Shown here: positions 18,086 to 26,994 of the stretch, one piece after another
How the letters are laid out: every line of letters begins with the position of its first letter
Numbering within the stretch: the stretch's first letter is position 1
DNA from: a virus
Lineage: Duplodnaviria > Caudoviricetes
IMG/VR virus record: IMGVR_UViG_3300036785_000284
Span: 1-61,349 of that record
Length of the DNA stretch: 61,349 bases
Reading direction: 5' to 3' (one strand)
Notes under the pieces: generated by a model
The model's input: only the letters and a program-made list of their open reading frames with translations
Told to the model about the DNA's origin: nothing
Database searches by the model: none
Position numbers and translations under genes: made by a program

Positions 18086-18241
18086 TGTCACAAAAATTTC
18101 CTGTGGACGGGGAACCGATCAGCTTGACTGCACATGTGGCGCAGGTCTACCCATAGGGCCAGCCTTCAGGAACACCGTTCTTTGCAGGTTGGGGGACCGG
18201 GTGCGACCCGAAAACGCGCTCCTGATCAGGATGAAACACTC

Positions 18242-18601
18242 ATGAAGAAGCTCTTTGCGGGCGTCGCCGCCCTCGCGCTGCTGGCTGCTATGCCCGCAGC
18301 CGCCGCCGTCGCGACCACCGCTGGCGCGACCAGCCAGACCGCCTCGTCCGCGTCCTCGACCACGCTCGGTGCGGGTTCGGCTTCCGGCGCTGGCTCCGCG
18401 ACCAACGTCTCGACCGCCGCCGCCAACGCCAACCACACCGTCAACCCGTTCGCCCCAACCGTGGCCAACGCCACGGTGGTGACGACCTCGACCGGCGTCG
18501 CTGCCGACACCCACACCCAGACGGGTTTCTCGATCGGCACCAGCGCGGGCGCTCAGGCGGGCCTGTCGGTGGGCACCGCCTCGGCCAGCTGGCCTTTCTA
18601 A
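18242..18601 (+). CDS. Secreted Ala/Ser/Thr-rich protein
   Basis: Sec signal MKKLFAGVAALALLAAMPAAAA; low-complexity beta-type body ending in WPF. Confidence 0.7.
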   Translation: MKKLFAGVAALALLAAMPAAAAVATTAGATSQTASSASSTTLGAGSASGAGSATNVSTAAANANHTVNPFAPTVANATVVTTSTGVAADTHTQTGFSIGTSAGAQAGLSVGTASASWPF

Positions 18602-18744
18602 GCGGCTGGCAGCAAGCCAGCTTCCGTCTCCGGGCGGCGGCTGTCCTGCTGCTGGCGCTTAGAACGGACTAGGTGTCCCCGGCGGCGGTGTTGACACGCC
18701 ACCGACCGCCGGGGATTTCTCCAACCAAAGGTGGGGCTCACCCT

Positions 18745-19689
18745 ATGAAGAACCTTCTGCTCACGGCGGCCACCGCCGCCCTCCTGGCCTTCACTCCGGC
18801 CCTCGTCTTCGCCCAGGACACCTCGACGTCCGGCGCGACCAGCGGGTCGGCCTCCAACGCCCAGAACAACGCGTCCAACGGTCCGCAGACCACCACGGTC
18901 GGGCCGCAGACCAACACGCTGGGCCCGGTCAGCGACACGTCCGCGTCCAACTCGACGTCGGGCTCCAACTCGACCAGCGGCTCGCAGGCCAACAACGGTG
19001 GCCAGAACGTCGGCGTCAGCACCAGCGGCAGCACCGCCACCTCCAACACCGCGTCGAACTCGGCCTCGATGTCGCAGGGCGGCACGGCGGCGTCCGACGC
19101 CCACTCGACCGGCGGCACGTCCAGCGCGACCGGCGGAACCGGTGGCGCCGGTGGCTCCTCGGCGGCCAACGCCAACAACGCCGCCTCCAACGCGGGCAAC
19201 GCCCAGAACATCAACTTCAACACCGTCACGCCGACCCACGTCACCGAGACCGTCAAGTCGGTGCCGCAGGTGTTCGCCCCGGCGCTGACCACCACGCTGA
19301 CCGAGACCTGCATGGGCTCGACCAGCGCCGGGGGATCGGGCGTGGGCTTCGGCTTCTCGATCGGCTCGACGTGGCGTGACGGCGAATGCGCCCGTCGCCT
19401 CGATGCGCGCGAACTGGCCCAGACGCTGGGCGATCCCGAGGCGGCCCGCGCCGTGCTCTGCGGCTCGCATGACGTGTTTGACGCCTACGAGCGCATCGGC
19501 CGTCCGTGCCCGCAGTCGCCGAACTACAAGTCGGCCGACGCCTCGGCCTACCTGCCGCAACGGCCGGTCCCGCCTGCCCCGGTGTCGCCGGTGGTGATCA
19601 ACGTGCCGCCGCCCGCAGCCGCTCCGGCTCCCATGATGGCTCCAATCCCCAACCCGCCGGAACCGAGGGCGAAGCAGCCACGCGGTTAA
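18745..19689 (+). CDS. Secreted protein with S/T/N-rich N-half and Cys-containing conserved domain
   Basis: Signal peptide ...ALVFA|QD; 'APALTTTLTETCMGSTSAGGSGVGFGFSIGSTWRDGECARRLDAREL'. Confidence 0.75.
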   Translation: MKNLLLTAATAALLAFTPALVFAQDTSTSGATSGSASNAQNNASNGPQTTTVGPQTNTLGPVSDTSASNSTSGSNSTSGSQANNGGQNVGVSTSGSTATSNTASNSASMSQGGTAASDAHSTGGTSSATGGTGGAGGSSAANANNAASNAGNAQNINFNTVTPTHVTETVKSVPQVFAPALTTTLTETCMGSTSAGGSGVGFGFSIGSTWRDGECARRLDARELAQTLGDPEAARAVLCGSHDVFDAYERIGRPCPQSPNYKSADASAYLPQRPVPPAPVSPVVINVPPPAAAPAPMMAPIPNPPEPRAKQPRG

Positions 19690-19805
19690 CCCTGTCTGCG
19701 GCGGGGCGTCGTCAGCGGCCTTTGGGAGATGGCCCGGGCGTCCCGCCGAACCACCGACGTCACCAGAGCCATGGCTCAAGGGCGGCGCGAGATGTGAAAA
19801 CTAGT

Positions 19806-19979
19806 CCCCGGCGGTAGTCTTATCCCCTCTCGACCGCCGGGGGTTCCTTTAGGCGAGCACCGCGAACCCGCGTCCTCAGTTCGACAGCCCCCTGTCCCAG
19901 CCGGGATGTGGAGCCGGGACCGGACCCGTCGCCCCACCGATAAATCCGGTCCTGTTCGCGGTGCTCTCCTAAGGGAACC
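19806..19979 (+). ncRNA. Candidate multi-branch structured RNA
   Basis: 26-nt closing stem 19842-19867 / 19954-19979 (one G.U, one mismatch) enclosing several hairpins; preceded by hairpin 19806-19842. Confidence 0.55.
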
Positions 19980-20100
19980 TTCGGGGTGTATGCTCCAGGC
20001 ATGCGTCTGCGAACCGGAGGCACCCTGCTGATCGCCATGGCCATCCTGGCCGCGATGATCGCGCTGCTGATCTTCGTCCACTCGTCCACGTAGGAACCCC

Positions 20101-20304
20101 ATGCCGTCGCTGACCGTCACCCGCCTGCGCAGCAGGATCGGCTCCATGGGCCTGCCATCGGTCATCTGGCAGGTTGGCGACGCCGACAGTCATCAGTTGG
20201 TCGGCTTCTACGACCGCGAGAAGGCGCAGGCTTACGCCGCCGCCAGCCCGGCCCGCATGCTGCTGCAAGCCCCGCTGCGGATCATGGACCCCAACCACCG
20301 ATGA
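20101..20304 (+). CDS. Hypothetical protein
   Basis: AGGA RBS; coupled to the next ORF. Confidence 0.55.
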   Translation: MPSLTVTRLRSRIGSMGLPSVIWQVGDADSHQLVGFYDREKAQAYAAASPARMLLQAPLRIMDPNHR

Positions 20305-20429
20305 AACGACAGGACGATCTGGGCGGGCGCCTCTACCTCTGGCTGGCCATCCTGCTCTGCTTCCTGTCCGGGGCAGGCTTCGTGCTGCTGCTGTTCGTGT
20401 TCTACCAACTGGCCAAGGCGATCCGCTGA
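20301..20429 (+). CDS. Small membrane protein (42 aa)
   Basis: Hydrophobic helix; ATGA/TGATG coupling. Confidence 0.5.
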   Translation: MKRQDDLGGRLYLWLAILLCFLSGAGFVLLLFVFYQLAKAIR

Positions 20430-20683
20430 TGTCGAAGCTTGACCTTCACCCGAGCGTCGTTCGCGAGATCGACCACGGCAAGTACAAGCTGTTCGGCATG
20501 GACTGTCCACAGCCGGTCATGGCCGCCTACGAGCGCAGTTGGGCGCGGCGTGGCCACATGCTCCAGAGGGATGGCGACCTGCTGATCGGCTGGGTGGTCG
20601 AGAACGCCCTGGTCGCAGGCAAGTTCGAACTGGTCTCCGAGCTTCGCGACGCGTTGGAGGCGCTAGGATGGCAGCCAAGCTAG
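20429..20683 (+). CDS. Hypothetical protein
   Basis: MSKLDLHPSVVREID...; coupled start. Confidence 0.55.
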   Translation: MSKLDLHPSVVREIDHGKYKLFGMDCPQPVMAAYERSWARRGHMLQRDGDLLIGWVVENALVAGKFELVSELRDALEALGWQPS

Positions 20684-20934
20684 ACGCAGGCATCGACCTG
20701 CTGGCCCTCAACAGCGATGCGAAACCCGTCGCCACCATGTTCGGACTGCCGATGCACCGCGCCGAAGCCCTCGCCTACATGGCCTTCCAGGCTGGCACCC
20801 ACACCGAGGACGACATCAGGACGCTCTGCGCCTGGGTGGTCAAGCAGACCCTGGTGGAAGGCACCTGGGCCGCCGATCAGCTGCGCGAAGCGGGGCTTGG
20901 ACTTATAATAGAACGCGTCGAGGGATTGACATAG
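20668..20934 (+). CDS. Hypothetical protein
   Basis: GGAGG RBS; MAAKLDAGIDLL... Confidence 0.55.
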   Translation: MAAKLDAGIDLLALNSDAKPVATMFGLPMHRAEALAYMAFQAGTHTEDDIRTLCAWVVKQTLVEGTWAADQLREAGLGLIIERVEGLT

Positions 20935-20965
20935 TCAAGCTATAGGTGTATACTAGTTAACAGTT
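20926..20965 (+). promoter_or_regulatory. Strong sigma70 promoter with conserved 20-bp -10/+1 box
   Basis: TTGACA-N17-TATACT; GTGTATACTAGTTAACAGTT. Confidence 0.85.
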
Positions 20966-20993
20966 GGGATTTTTCCCAGCGGCCCCGGAAGTC

Positions 20994-21010
20994 GATTGCA
21001 CGGTGCAATC
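20994..21010. repeat. 17-bp palindromic element, copy 6
   Basis: GATTGCACGGTGCAATC just downstream of promoter 20926. Confidence 0.9.
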
Positions 21011-21039
21011 GGCAGGGGGACTAGGAGCATCGAAGCCAG

Positions 21040-21177
21040 ATGGCCAAGATCAATACGAAGGCATCCTCTACCCGCCGCGACCCGAGCCGTATGCCGGATC
21101 GCAAGGACCGCGACCTCGCCCGCTACGAGCAGCGGATGGCCAAGCAGACCCTCCAAGGCAAGCGGGGTGGGTGGTGA
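21040..21177 (+). CDS. Small basic protein (45 aa)
   Basis: AGGAG RBS; MAKINTKASSTRRDPSRMPDRK... Confidence 0.55.
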   Translation: MAKINTKASSTRRDPSRMPDRKDRDLARYEQRMAKQTLQGKRGGW

Positions 21178-21356
21178 GCGACTTCGGCATCTTCCTTTTG
21201 ATCGCCGGTGGCGTCGGGCTGTGCATCAAGCCGGTCCGGGAGACCATGGTCGAGTTCGTCGCCATGTGGCTGTCTATCTTACCGTGGATCGCAGGCGCGG
21301 CGCTGGTCTTCGGCCTGTTCGTCATGTGGATCAACGATGGAGCCCCGGGATGGTGA
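21174..21356 (+). CDS. Small two-TM membrane protein
   Basis: GTGA-coupled; two hydrophobic segments. Confidence 0.55.
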   Translation: MSDFGIFLLIAGGVGLCIKPVRETMVEFVAMWLSILPWIAGAALVFGLFVMWINDGAPGW

Positions 21357-21676
21357 GCCCGATCCCCCAACCGTTCCACCCGGTGGCCAACATCGCCGCC
21401 GTGCAGCGCAACCCCGCCCACTGGCCGGAGCAGGTCGAAGGCTTTCTCAAGGTCGGCTACGGCGGCGAGAAGACGCGGCTCGACGAGGAGCGCAAGCGCG
21501 ACCCCAGTGGGGCCGAGCATGCGCCGCCCGGCTACTGCTTCAAGCTGGCCGAGGCGTGGTGCGCCAAGATCGACGTCTTCATCTCCGACTACTTCCTGCT
21601 GCCGAAGGGCAGCTTCCGTGACAGCGCGCTCGACCGCAGCGCCAAAGACCTAACCCCGAAGGGACCGACCCAATGA
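21350..21676 (+). CDS. Hypothetical protein
   Basis: Packed ORF with typical codon usage. Confidence 0.55.
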   Translation: MVSPIPQPFHPVANIAAVQRNPAHWPEQVEGFLKVGYGGEKTRLDEERKRDPSGAEHAPPGYCFKLAEAWCAKIDVFISDYFLLPKGSFRDSALDRSAKDLTPKGPTQ

Positions 21677-21903
21677 GCAACTTTGATCCTGAGTGCGATT
21701 GCCGCGACTGTCGGCCCGCAACCCGCGTGGCCACGCTCTCCGAGCGTGGTCTGTTCCTGCTGGAGGACTACGAGGCGGCGGTAGAACAGTGGGCTGCGGC
21801 CATAGACGAGAGCGGCCGAGCCCACGACCGTGCTTGTGCGTACAACGTGGTGGAGCGTGCTCATGCCGACCTCAAAGCGTTCCTCGAAAGCCTGGGTGCG
21901 TGA
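21673..21903 (+). CDS. Hypothetical protein
   Basis: CCGAAGGGA RBS; CDCRDC motif. Confidence 0.55.
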   Translation: MSNFDPECDCRDCRPATRVATLSERGLFLLEDYEAAVEQWAAAIDESGRAHDRACAYNVVERAHADLKAFLESLGA

Positions 21904-22145
21904 TGCCGAACCTCTTGGAACGTCACCGCGCCGCGCCGAGCTACTGGGAAATCCTCGTCTCCCATGCGGCCCAGCGGCGGGACCGCGCCTTCGCCCAGTG
22001 GCGGCAGAGCGGCTACCGCGACGCCGTCGCCTACGAGGCGTTCATGGCCAACTTCTGCGCCGCCACCGATCTGGTGGCGGAGGCGCGGGCGGCGGGTATG
22101 CCGCTGCGCCAGCCCCGGCCGTCACCACGATGGCAGGGGCTCTAG
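21903..22145 (+). CDS. Hypothetical protein
   Basis: TGATG coupling. Confidence 0.5.
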   Translation: MPNLLERHRAAPSYWEILVSHAAQRRDRAFAQWRQSGYRDAVAYEAFMANFCAATDLVAEARAAGMPLRQPRPSPRWQGL

Positions 22146-22188
22146 CGTGAGCATGAACTCCGTGCACCATGACGACGGAGGATGCGTC

Positions 22189-22299
22189 ATGGATCAGAGA
22201 CACCGCTGGCCGGGCTTCGGCTTCGTGTTCGCCCTGCTGATCTCCCTCGTCATGTGGGTGCTGGCCACCCTCGTGATGATCAGGGCTTTTACCCAGTAA
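22189..22299 (+). CDS. Small membrane peptide
   Basis: GGAGG RBS; one hydrophobic helix. Confidence 0.45.
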   Translation: MDQRHRWPGFGFVFALLISLVMWVLATLVMIRAFTQ

Positions 22300-22309
22300 C
22301 AACCTTGGC

Positions 22310-22326
22310 GATTGCACGGTGCAATC
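22310..22326. repeat. 17-bp palindromic element, copy 7
   Basis: GATTGCACGGTGCAATC. Confidence 0.9.
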
Positions 22327-22350
22327 GTCTAACACCGAAGGACATACCCA

Positions 22351-24009
22351 ATGCACTATTGGACCATCGTGGCCACCTATCAGGGTGTCGAGCAGACGCC
22401 CAACGACCGACTGTTCGCCTCGCCGTTCCAGGCGGAGACGGCCGTCGAGGAACTAAGACGTCGTCGCTCCTCCGCCTACACGTTCCGTACCCGTCTTGCG
22501 ACGTGGAAGGAGCGCGAGAAGGCGATGTTCACGACCGGCGTCTATCAGGAGCCGGTCTGGGCGCAGGAGGAGTTCTGGCGGGCCTGGGGCTCGTACTTCA
22601 GGGAGCACTTCACCCACGTCTCGCTGATGGACCCGCAGTCGATCGCCTTCACCGAGGACGCGACCAAGGGAGAGGCCGACCGGCAGACCCACATGCGGCC
22701 CGGCAAGTACCTCCAGAAGTTCCTCGGCGCCGGGCCGGACGGCAGGATCGAGCATGGCCCGCTGGCTGGCCACGAGGCGAAGGTGACCAAGCAGAAGATC
22801 GCCTTCTACGCCGCGTGGCACCGGGCGGGGGCGCGTCCGCCGAACGACGACGTGCTGGAGTTCACCGACGACCCCGACATGATGGTCGAACTCTACGAGA
22901 ACGGCCCCGACAGCTGCATGATGGGCAAGCACTGGGCGAAGGAGAGCCACCCGGTCAGGGTCTACGCCGGAGGCGGGCTGAAGCTGGCCTACATGATGTC
23001 CGCCTGCGGCACGAAGGTGGTCGGCCGGTCCTTGTGCTGGCCGGACAAGGCGGTGTTCGGCCGGGTCTACCCGACCCCCAACGGGCCCACCGACCGGGAG
23101 CGCTACGACGAACTGATGGCGCGTCTCAAGGGGCTGGGCTGGACCTCGGTGGACGAGGACAACTCGGTGTTCGAAGGCGCGTTGCTGAGCCAACTGAGCG
23201 ACCGCTACGGCAACTTCATCATGCCCTATCTCGACCACAGCTACGGTGTCGAGGAGGTCTATCGTGAGGGCAAGACGTGGTGGCGGATGACCCACGACAC
23301 GCATCATCAGGAGAACACCGACGGCACCTATCTGGACGGCGAGGACCGGATCGACTGGACCTGCGACTGTTGCGACGAGGGGTTCACCGAGGACACCGAA
23401 AGCTGCACCGTCTACACCTCGTGGCGGGCCAACCGGGATGGAGGGCGTCGGGGCGGCTGGCCTGCCGGTGAGCGCCAGTGGTGCGAGTATTGCCGTGACC
23501 AGAACACGTTCTACTGCGAGGGCAGCGACGAGTATTATCAGGACAGCTGCGACAGCATCGAGGTCGGCTACACCACCTATAACCGGCAATGGTTCCTGGC
23601 CAACGACGGTTGGCAATGCAGCCACAGCGAGGAGTATTTCTTCAGGATCGACGACAAGCCGGTCACCCTGGCCACCGGGGAACTGGTCCACCCGGACAAT
23701 CTGGAGGACGCCGCCTTCCAGTGCCTGTGGGATGGCCAATGGTGGCCGAAGGACTACGAGAGTGAGGTGGTGCCGGGCTACTCGTCCTCCTGCGACGTGG
23801 CCACCGTGCATCCCTGCGAGATGGAGCACGTCTTTCCGCCGGTGCACGGCGAGACGGTGATGGCGGCGTGGGCTCAGTCCCACGCTCTGCCTGACCTGCA
23901 CATGGCCAGTGTGCTGCCGCCCGTCCGCGTGGACATCTCGCACTTCTCGAACGCCGCCAACATCCGACCGATCCCGGTGATCGACGGCATCATTCAACTC
24001 AGCGCTTAA
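22351..24009 (+). CDS. Conserved phage protein with C-terminal Cys-rich repeats (552 aa)
   Basis: 'GPDSCM...HPVRVY...GRSLCW...GRVY...MPYLD' core followed by CxxC repeats; strong RBS. Confidence 0.75.
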   Translation: MHYWTIVATYQGVEQTPNDRLFASPFQAETAVEELRRRRSSAYTFRTRLATWKEREKAMFTTGVYQEPVWAQEEFWRAWGSYFREHFTHVSLMDPQSIAFTEDATKGEADRQTHMRPGKYLQKFLGAGPDGRIEHGPLAGHEAKVTKQKIAFYAAWHRAGARPPNDDVLEFTDDPDMMVELYENGPDSCMMGKHWAKESHPVRVYAGGGLKLAYMMSACGTKVVGRSLCWPDKAVFGRVYPTPNGPTDRERYDELMARLKGLGWTSVDEDNSVFEGALLSQLSDRYGNFIMPYLDHSYGVEEVYREGKTWWRMTHDTHHQENTDGTYLDGEDRIDWTCDCCDEGFTEDTESCTVYTSWRANRDGGRRGGWPAGERQWCEYCRDQNTFYCEGSDEYYQDSCDSIEVGYTTYNRQWFLANDGWQCSHSEEYFFRIDDKPVTLATGELVHPDNLEDAAFQCLWDGQWWPKDYESEVVPGYSSSCDVATVHPCEMEHVFPPVHGETVMAAWAQSHALPDLHMASVLPPVRVDISHFSNAANIRPIPVIDGIIQLSA

Positions 24010-24026
24010 CCGAAGGAACCCTCACC

Positions 24027-25226
24027 ATGAGCAAGATGAAGCGGGCGATCGAACGCCTGCACTCCACCGGCATCTCGACTGCCGACCAACGTGTCACCAC
24101 GACGCCGCGACAGACGCAGATCGCCGCCCTCGCCCTCAGCGACTTCAAGCTGACGGCCAAGCGCGACGATGGGCCCAAGCCGATGTCCGCCATGCAGCGG
24201 GCCAGCATGGCCTCGATGTGCGGCGTCGAGGCCATCCGTGACACCGGCTACGAGCCGGTGCCCATCGGGGTGCTGCGCGAGGACGGGGCGATCCACAAGC
24301 TGCTCGACATGCTGGAGACCTGTCGCCCGGGCAGCAGCCAGGAGGAGGAAGCCTACATCGACAAGTACATCATGCCGTACAACCCGTCGCAGGATGAGTA
24401 CGGCAACTTGATCATCGAGGTGCCTGCTCCAGAGGGACATCCGAAAATCCTCTGGTCGTGCCACACCGACACGGTGCACCGGCACGGCGGGGCGCAGAAG
24501 GTCGAGGTGACCAAGTGGGTGGCCTGGACCAGCGACGGGTCGTGCCTGGGGGCGGACGACACGGTCGGCAACTGGCTGGCCCTGGAGATGATCAACGCCA
24601 AGGTGCCCGGCGTGTACGTGTTCCACCGCGACGAGGAGAGCGGGGGGCGTGGCTCATCGTTCATGGCCAAGGAGCACAAGGACTGGCTGGGGACGTTCGA
24701 CTGCGCCATTGCGCTGGACCGGGCGGACTATGCCGACGTGATCACTCACCAAGGCTACGAGCGGTGCTGCTCCGACAACTTCGCCCTCTCGCTGGCCTCT
24801 CTCATCGGCGGCAAGTTCAAGCCCTGCGACACCGGGGTGTTCACCGACACGGCCAACTACGTCTCGCTGATCGGAGAGTGCACCAACCTCAGCGTCGGCT
24901 ACTTCAAGCAGCACGGCCCGATGGAGCACACCGACCTGGGGTTCGCCTATCGTCTGCGGGACGCGTTGCTGGCCGCCGACTGGTCCAAGCTGGTGTTCGA
25001 GCGCAAGCCCGGCGAGGTGGACGAGAGCGACGACTGGTACGCCGTCGACTACCGCTACGAGGACCGGCCGAAGGCCAAGCGCGGCAAGGCGTACGGCGAC
25101 CTCGACGAACTGGAGATGCTGGAGGACTTCATCGCCGCCTATCCGTGGGTGGTGGCCGAGTTCCTGCACAAGCAGGGGATCACCCTCGACGACCTCGAAC
25201 TGTACGACCGCGAGGAAGACCTGTGA
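24027..25226 (+). CDS. M28/M20-type zinc peptidase
   Basis: Metal-ligand motifs 'SCHTDTVH', 'LGADD', 'HRDEE', 'ALDR' and 'GYFKQH'. Confidence 0.85.
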   Translation: MSKMKRAIERLHSTGISTADQRVTTTPRQTQIAALALSDFKLTAKRDDGPKPMSAMQRASMASMCGVEAIRDTGYEPVPIGVLREDGAIHKLLDMLETCRPGSSQEEEAYIDKYIMPYNPSQDEYGNLIIEVPAPEGHPKILWSCHTDTVHRHGGAQKVEVTKWVAWTSDGSCLGADDTVGNWLALEMINAKVPGVYVFHRDEESGGRGSSFMAKEHKDWLGTFDCAIALDRADYADVITHQGYERCCSDNFALSLASLIGGKFKPCDTGVFTDTANYVSLIGECTNLSVGYFKQHGPMEHTDLGFAYRLRDALLAADWSKLVFERKPGEVDESDDWYAVDYRYEDRPKAKRGKAYGDLDELEMLEDFIAAYPWVVAEFLHKQGITLDDLELYDREEDL

Positions 25227-25555
25227 GCCGCAGACGTTTCTCTCCCAGCGTGCCCACCCTGGTCGGCAGGGTGGGCCATCCGTCCGGCAACCGGCGCATG
25301 TTCAAGTGCGCCGGGGTGATCTTCGACGACGCCATGCGCGACGGCCGCTGGACGGTGCGCATCTACCACGCCACCGACGAGTGGTCGCAGACGATGGTCT
25401 GGTGCTTCGCCAAGCGACGGGTGTCCGTGCGAGGCATCCACTCCGGCTTCCATCCGAACGACGTGGTGCCGGAGTGCGATGTCGAGCAGGCGGTCTACGA
25501 CTTCGCCTGGACAGAACTAGCTAGACTGCGCCTGACCGGTGCTGTTCAATCTTAA
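25223..25555 (+). CDS. Hypothetical protein
   Basis: GTGA-coupled ORF. Confidence 0.5.
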   Translation: MSRRRFSPSVPTLVGRVGHPSGNRRMFKCAGVIFDDAMRDGRWTVRIYHATDEWSQTMVWCFAKRRVSVRGIHSGFHPNDVVPECDVEQAVYDFAWTELARLRLTGAVQS

Positions 25556-25579
25556 CCGTAACCGAAGGAACCCCTACCC

Positions 25580-25789
25580 ATGAGCGTGTCGCAACGTCTC
25601 CGCTACACCCGGCTCCCGTCGAACGACGAACTGGACCGCATCCCGCTGGTCCACGTGGCCGAGTTCGAACTCTCCGAGAAGGAGGTGACCACCTTGCGTC
25701 GCCACCTCTACGCCATCAACAAGGACGGCATCCGCCGCTACCGCACGCTGCGAGAATTCAAGTACGTCCTCGTCTGGAGAATTAAGTAA
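25580..25789 (+). CDS. Small putative nucleic-acid-binding protein
   Basis: CCGAAGGAACCC RBS; basic C-terminus 'YRTLREFKYVLVWRIK'. Confidence 0.65.
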   Translation: MSVSQRLRYTRLPSNDELDRIPLVHVAEFELSEKEVTTLRRHLYAINKDGIRRYRTLREFKYVLVWRIK

Positions 25790-25799
25790 GCGACGTGTC

Positions 25800-25839
25800 T
25801 TGACATAGTCGTAACACTAGTGTATGCTATATAACAGTT
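25800..25839 (+). promoter_or_regulatory. Sigma70 promoter, variant of the conserved box
   Basis: TTGACA-N17-TATGCT; GTGTATGCTATATAACAGTT. Confidence 0.8.
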
Positions 25840-25873
25840 GGGGGATTGTCTCCCAACTGCCAACCCGCCCCGT

Positions 25874-25890
25874 CATTGCACGGTGCAATC
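25874..25890. repeat. 17-bp palindromic element, copy 8 (variant)
   Basis: CATTGCACGGTGCAATC downstream of promoter 25800. Confidence 0.85.
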
Positions 25891-25905
25891 ACATCGAAGG
25901 ACCCT

Positions 25906-26937
25906 ATGAACCCCAAGCTTCTCATCGAGACCATCGCTGCCCGCATGGCTCACCAGATCGCCACCGGCGAGATCATGTCCCCCATCGTTGTCGAAGGCGC
26001 ACCCGGCCTCGGCAAGACGCAGTCCATCCGCTACGCCGCCACCGACGTGGCCAAGGTGGGCTTCATCCACATCCACGGGCCGACCATGCCCGCCGAGGAC
26101 TTCGGCGTGCCGGTGCCGGTCGACGGCTCCCTCGACTTCGTGCTGCCGCTGAACAAGTTCCCGTTCGTGGACAGCGACGTGTACGGCGAGTTCGGCGTCA
26201 TCAACATCGACGAGATGGCCGGGATGAACAACGACCAGCAGAAGGTCATCGCCAACATGATGCAGGAGCGCGAACTGCACGGCCGCAAGCTCAAGCCCGG
26301 CTGGATGTTCGTGGCCAGCGGCAACCGGCAGGAGGACCGCGCCGGGGCCAACCGCATCCTGTCGCACCTCAACGACCGCTACATCACCGTGACCTACGAG
26401 ATGAAGACCGACGACTGGATCGAGTGGGCGTTGACGCGTGGCAACGTGGCCCCGGAAGTGGTCGCCTTCCTCCAGTGGCGCTCCGACCTGCTGGCCCCGA
26501 CCTTCGATCCCAACATCCCCAAGAACGCCACGCCTCGCGGCTGGGCGGAGCGGGTCAGCCCGGCCATCAGGACCACGCCCAAGGCGGCGCTGTACGAGGT
26601 GATCAAGGGCTCGGTGGGCGAAGGCCCGGCGGTCGAGTTCATGGCCTTCAACGAGACCTTCGCCTCGCTGCCCGACCCCGACCTCGTGTTCGCCAAGCCG
26701 GACAGCTTCCACGTCCCCGACGAGGCGCACATCCTGTACGCCCTGATCGGTGCGCTGATCGCCCGGGTCACCGACCAGACCTTCCAATCTTTGGTGACCT
26801 ACGGCCAGCGGATGCCGCCCGAGTTCATGGTGATGATGATGCGCAACGTGATCATCGCCCACCCGCAGATGACCCAGACCTCGGCGTTCACGACGTGGGC
26901 CGGGACCGCTGGGGCCAAGGCGCTGTTCTCCCGCTAG
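25906..26937 (+). CDS. MoxR-like AAA+ ATPase
   Basis: Walker A GAPGLGKT, Walker B INIDE, 'SGNRQEDRAG', 'TPRGW'. Confidence 0.9.
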   Translation: MNPKLLIETIAARMAHQIATGEIMSPIVVEGAPGLGKTQSIRYAATDVAKVGFIHIHGPTMPAEDFGVPVPVDGSLDFVLPLNKFPFVDSDVYGEFGVINIDEMAGMNNDQQKVIANMMQERELHGRKLKPGWMFVASGNRQEDRAGANRILSHLNDRYITVTYEMKTDDWIEWALTRGNVAPEVVAFLQWRSDLLAPTFDPNIPKNATPRGWAERVSPAIRTTPKAALYEVIKGSVGEGPAVEFMAFNETFASLPDPDLVFAKPDSFHVPDEAHILYALIGALIARVTDQTFQSLVTYGQRMPPEFMVMMMRNVIIAHPQMTQTSAFTTWAGTAGAKALFSR

Positions 26938-26949
26938 TTCAACAGGCCT

Positions 26950-26966
26950 GATTGCACGGTGCAATC
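26950..26966. repeat. 17-bp palindromic element, copy 9
   Basis: GATTGCACGGTGCAATC; arms extend over 26945-26971. Confidence 0.9.
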
Positions 26967-26994
26967 AGGCCACCTCTCTCAGAAGGAACCCTCC

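Noticed and set aside
17057-18633. 14-bp inverted match CCGGAGACGGAAGC / GCTTCCGTCTCCGG
   Set aside because: Both halves are intergenic, but a 14-mer match is expected by chance in a GC-rich 61-kb genome, and there is no other support.
19870-19900. tRNA or T-loop at GTTCGA
   Set aside because: The flanks do not form a T-stem, and there is no cloverleaf or CCA end.
20946-20965. CtrA site (TTAA-N7-TTAA) in the promoter box
   Set aside because: Only a TTAAC half-site is present.
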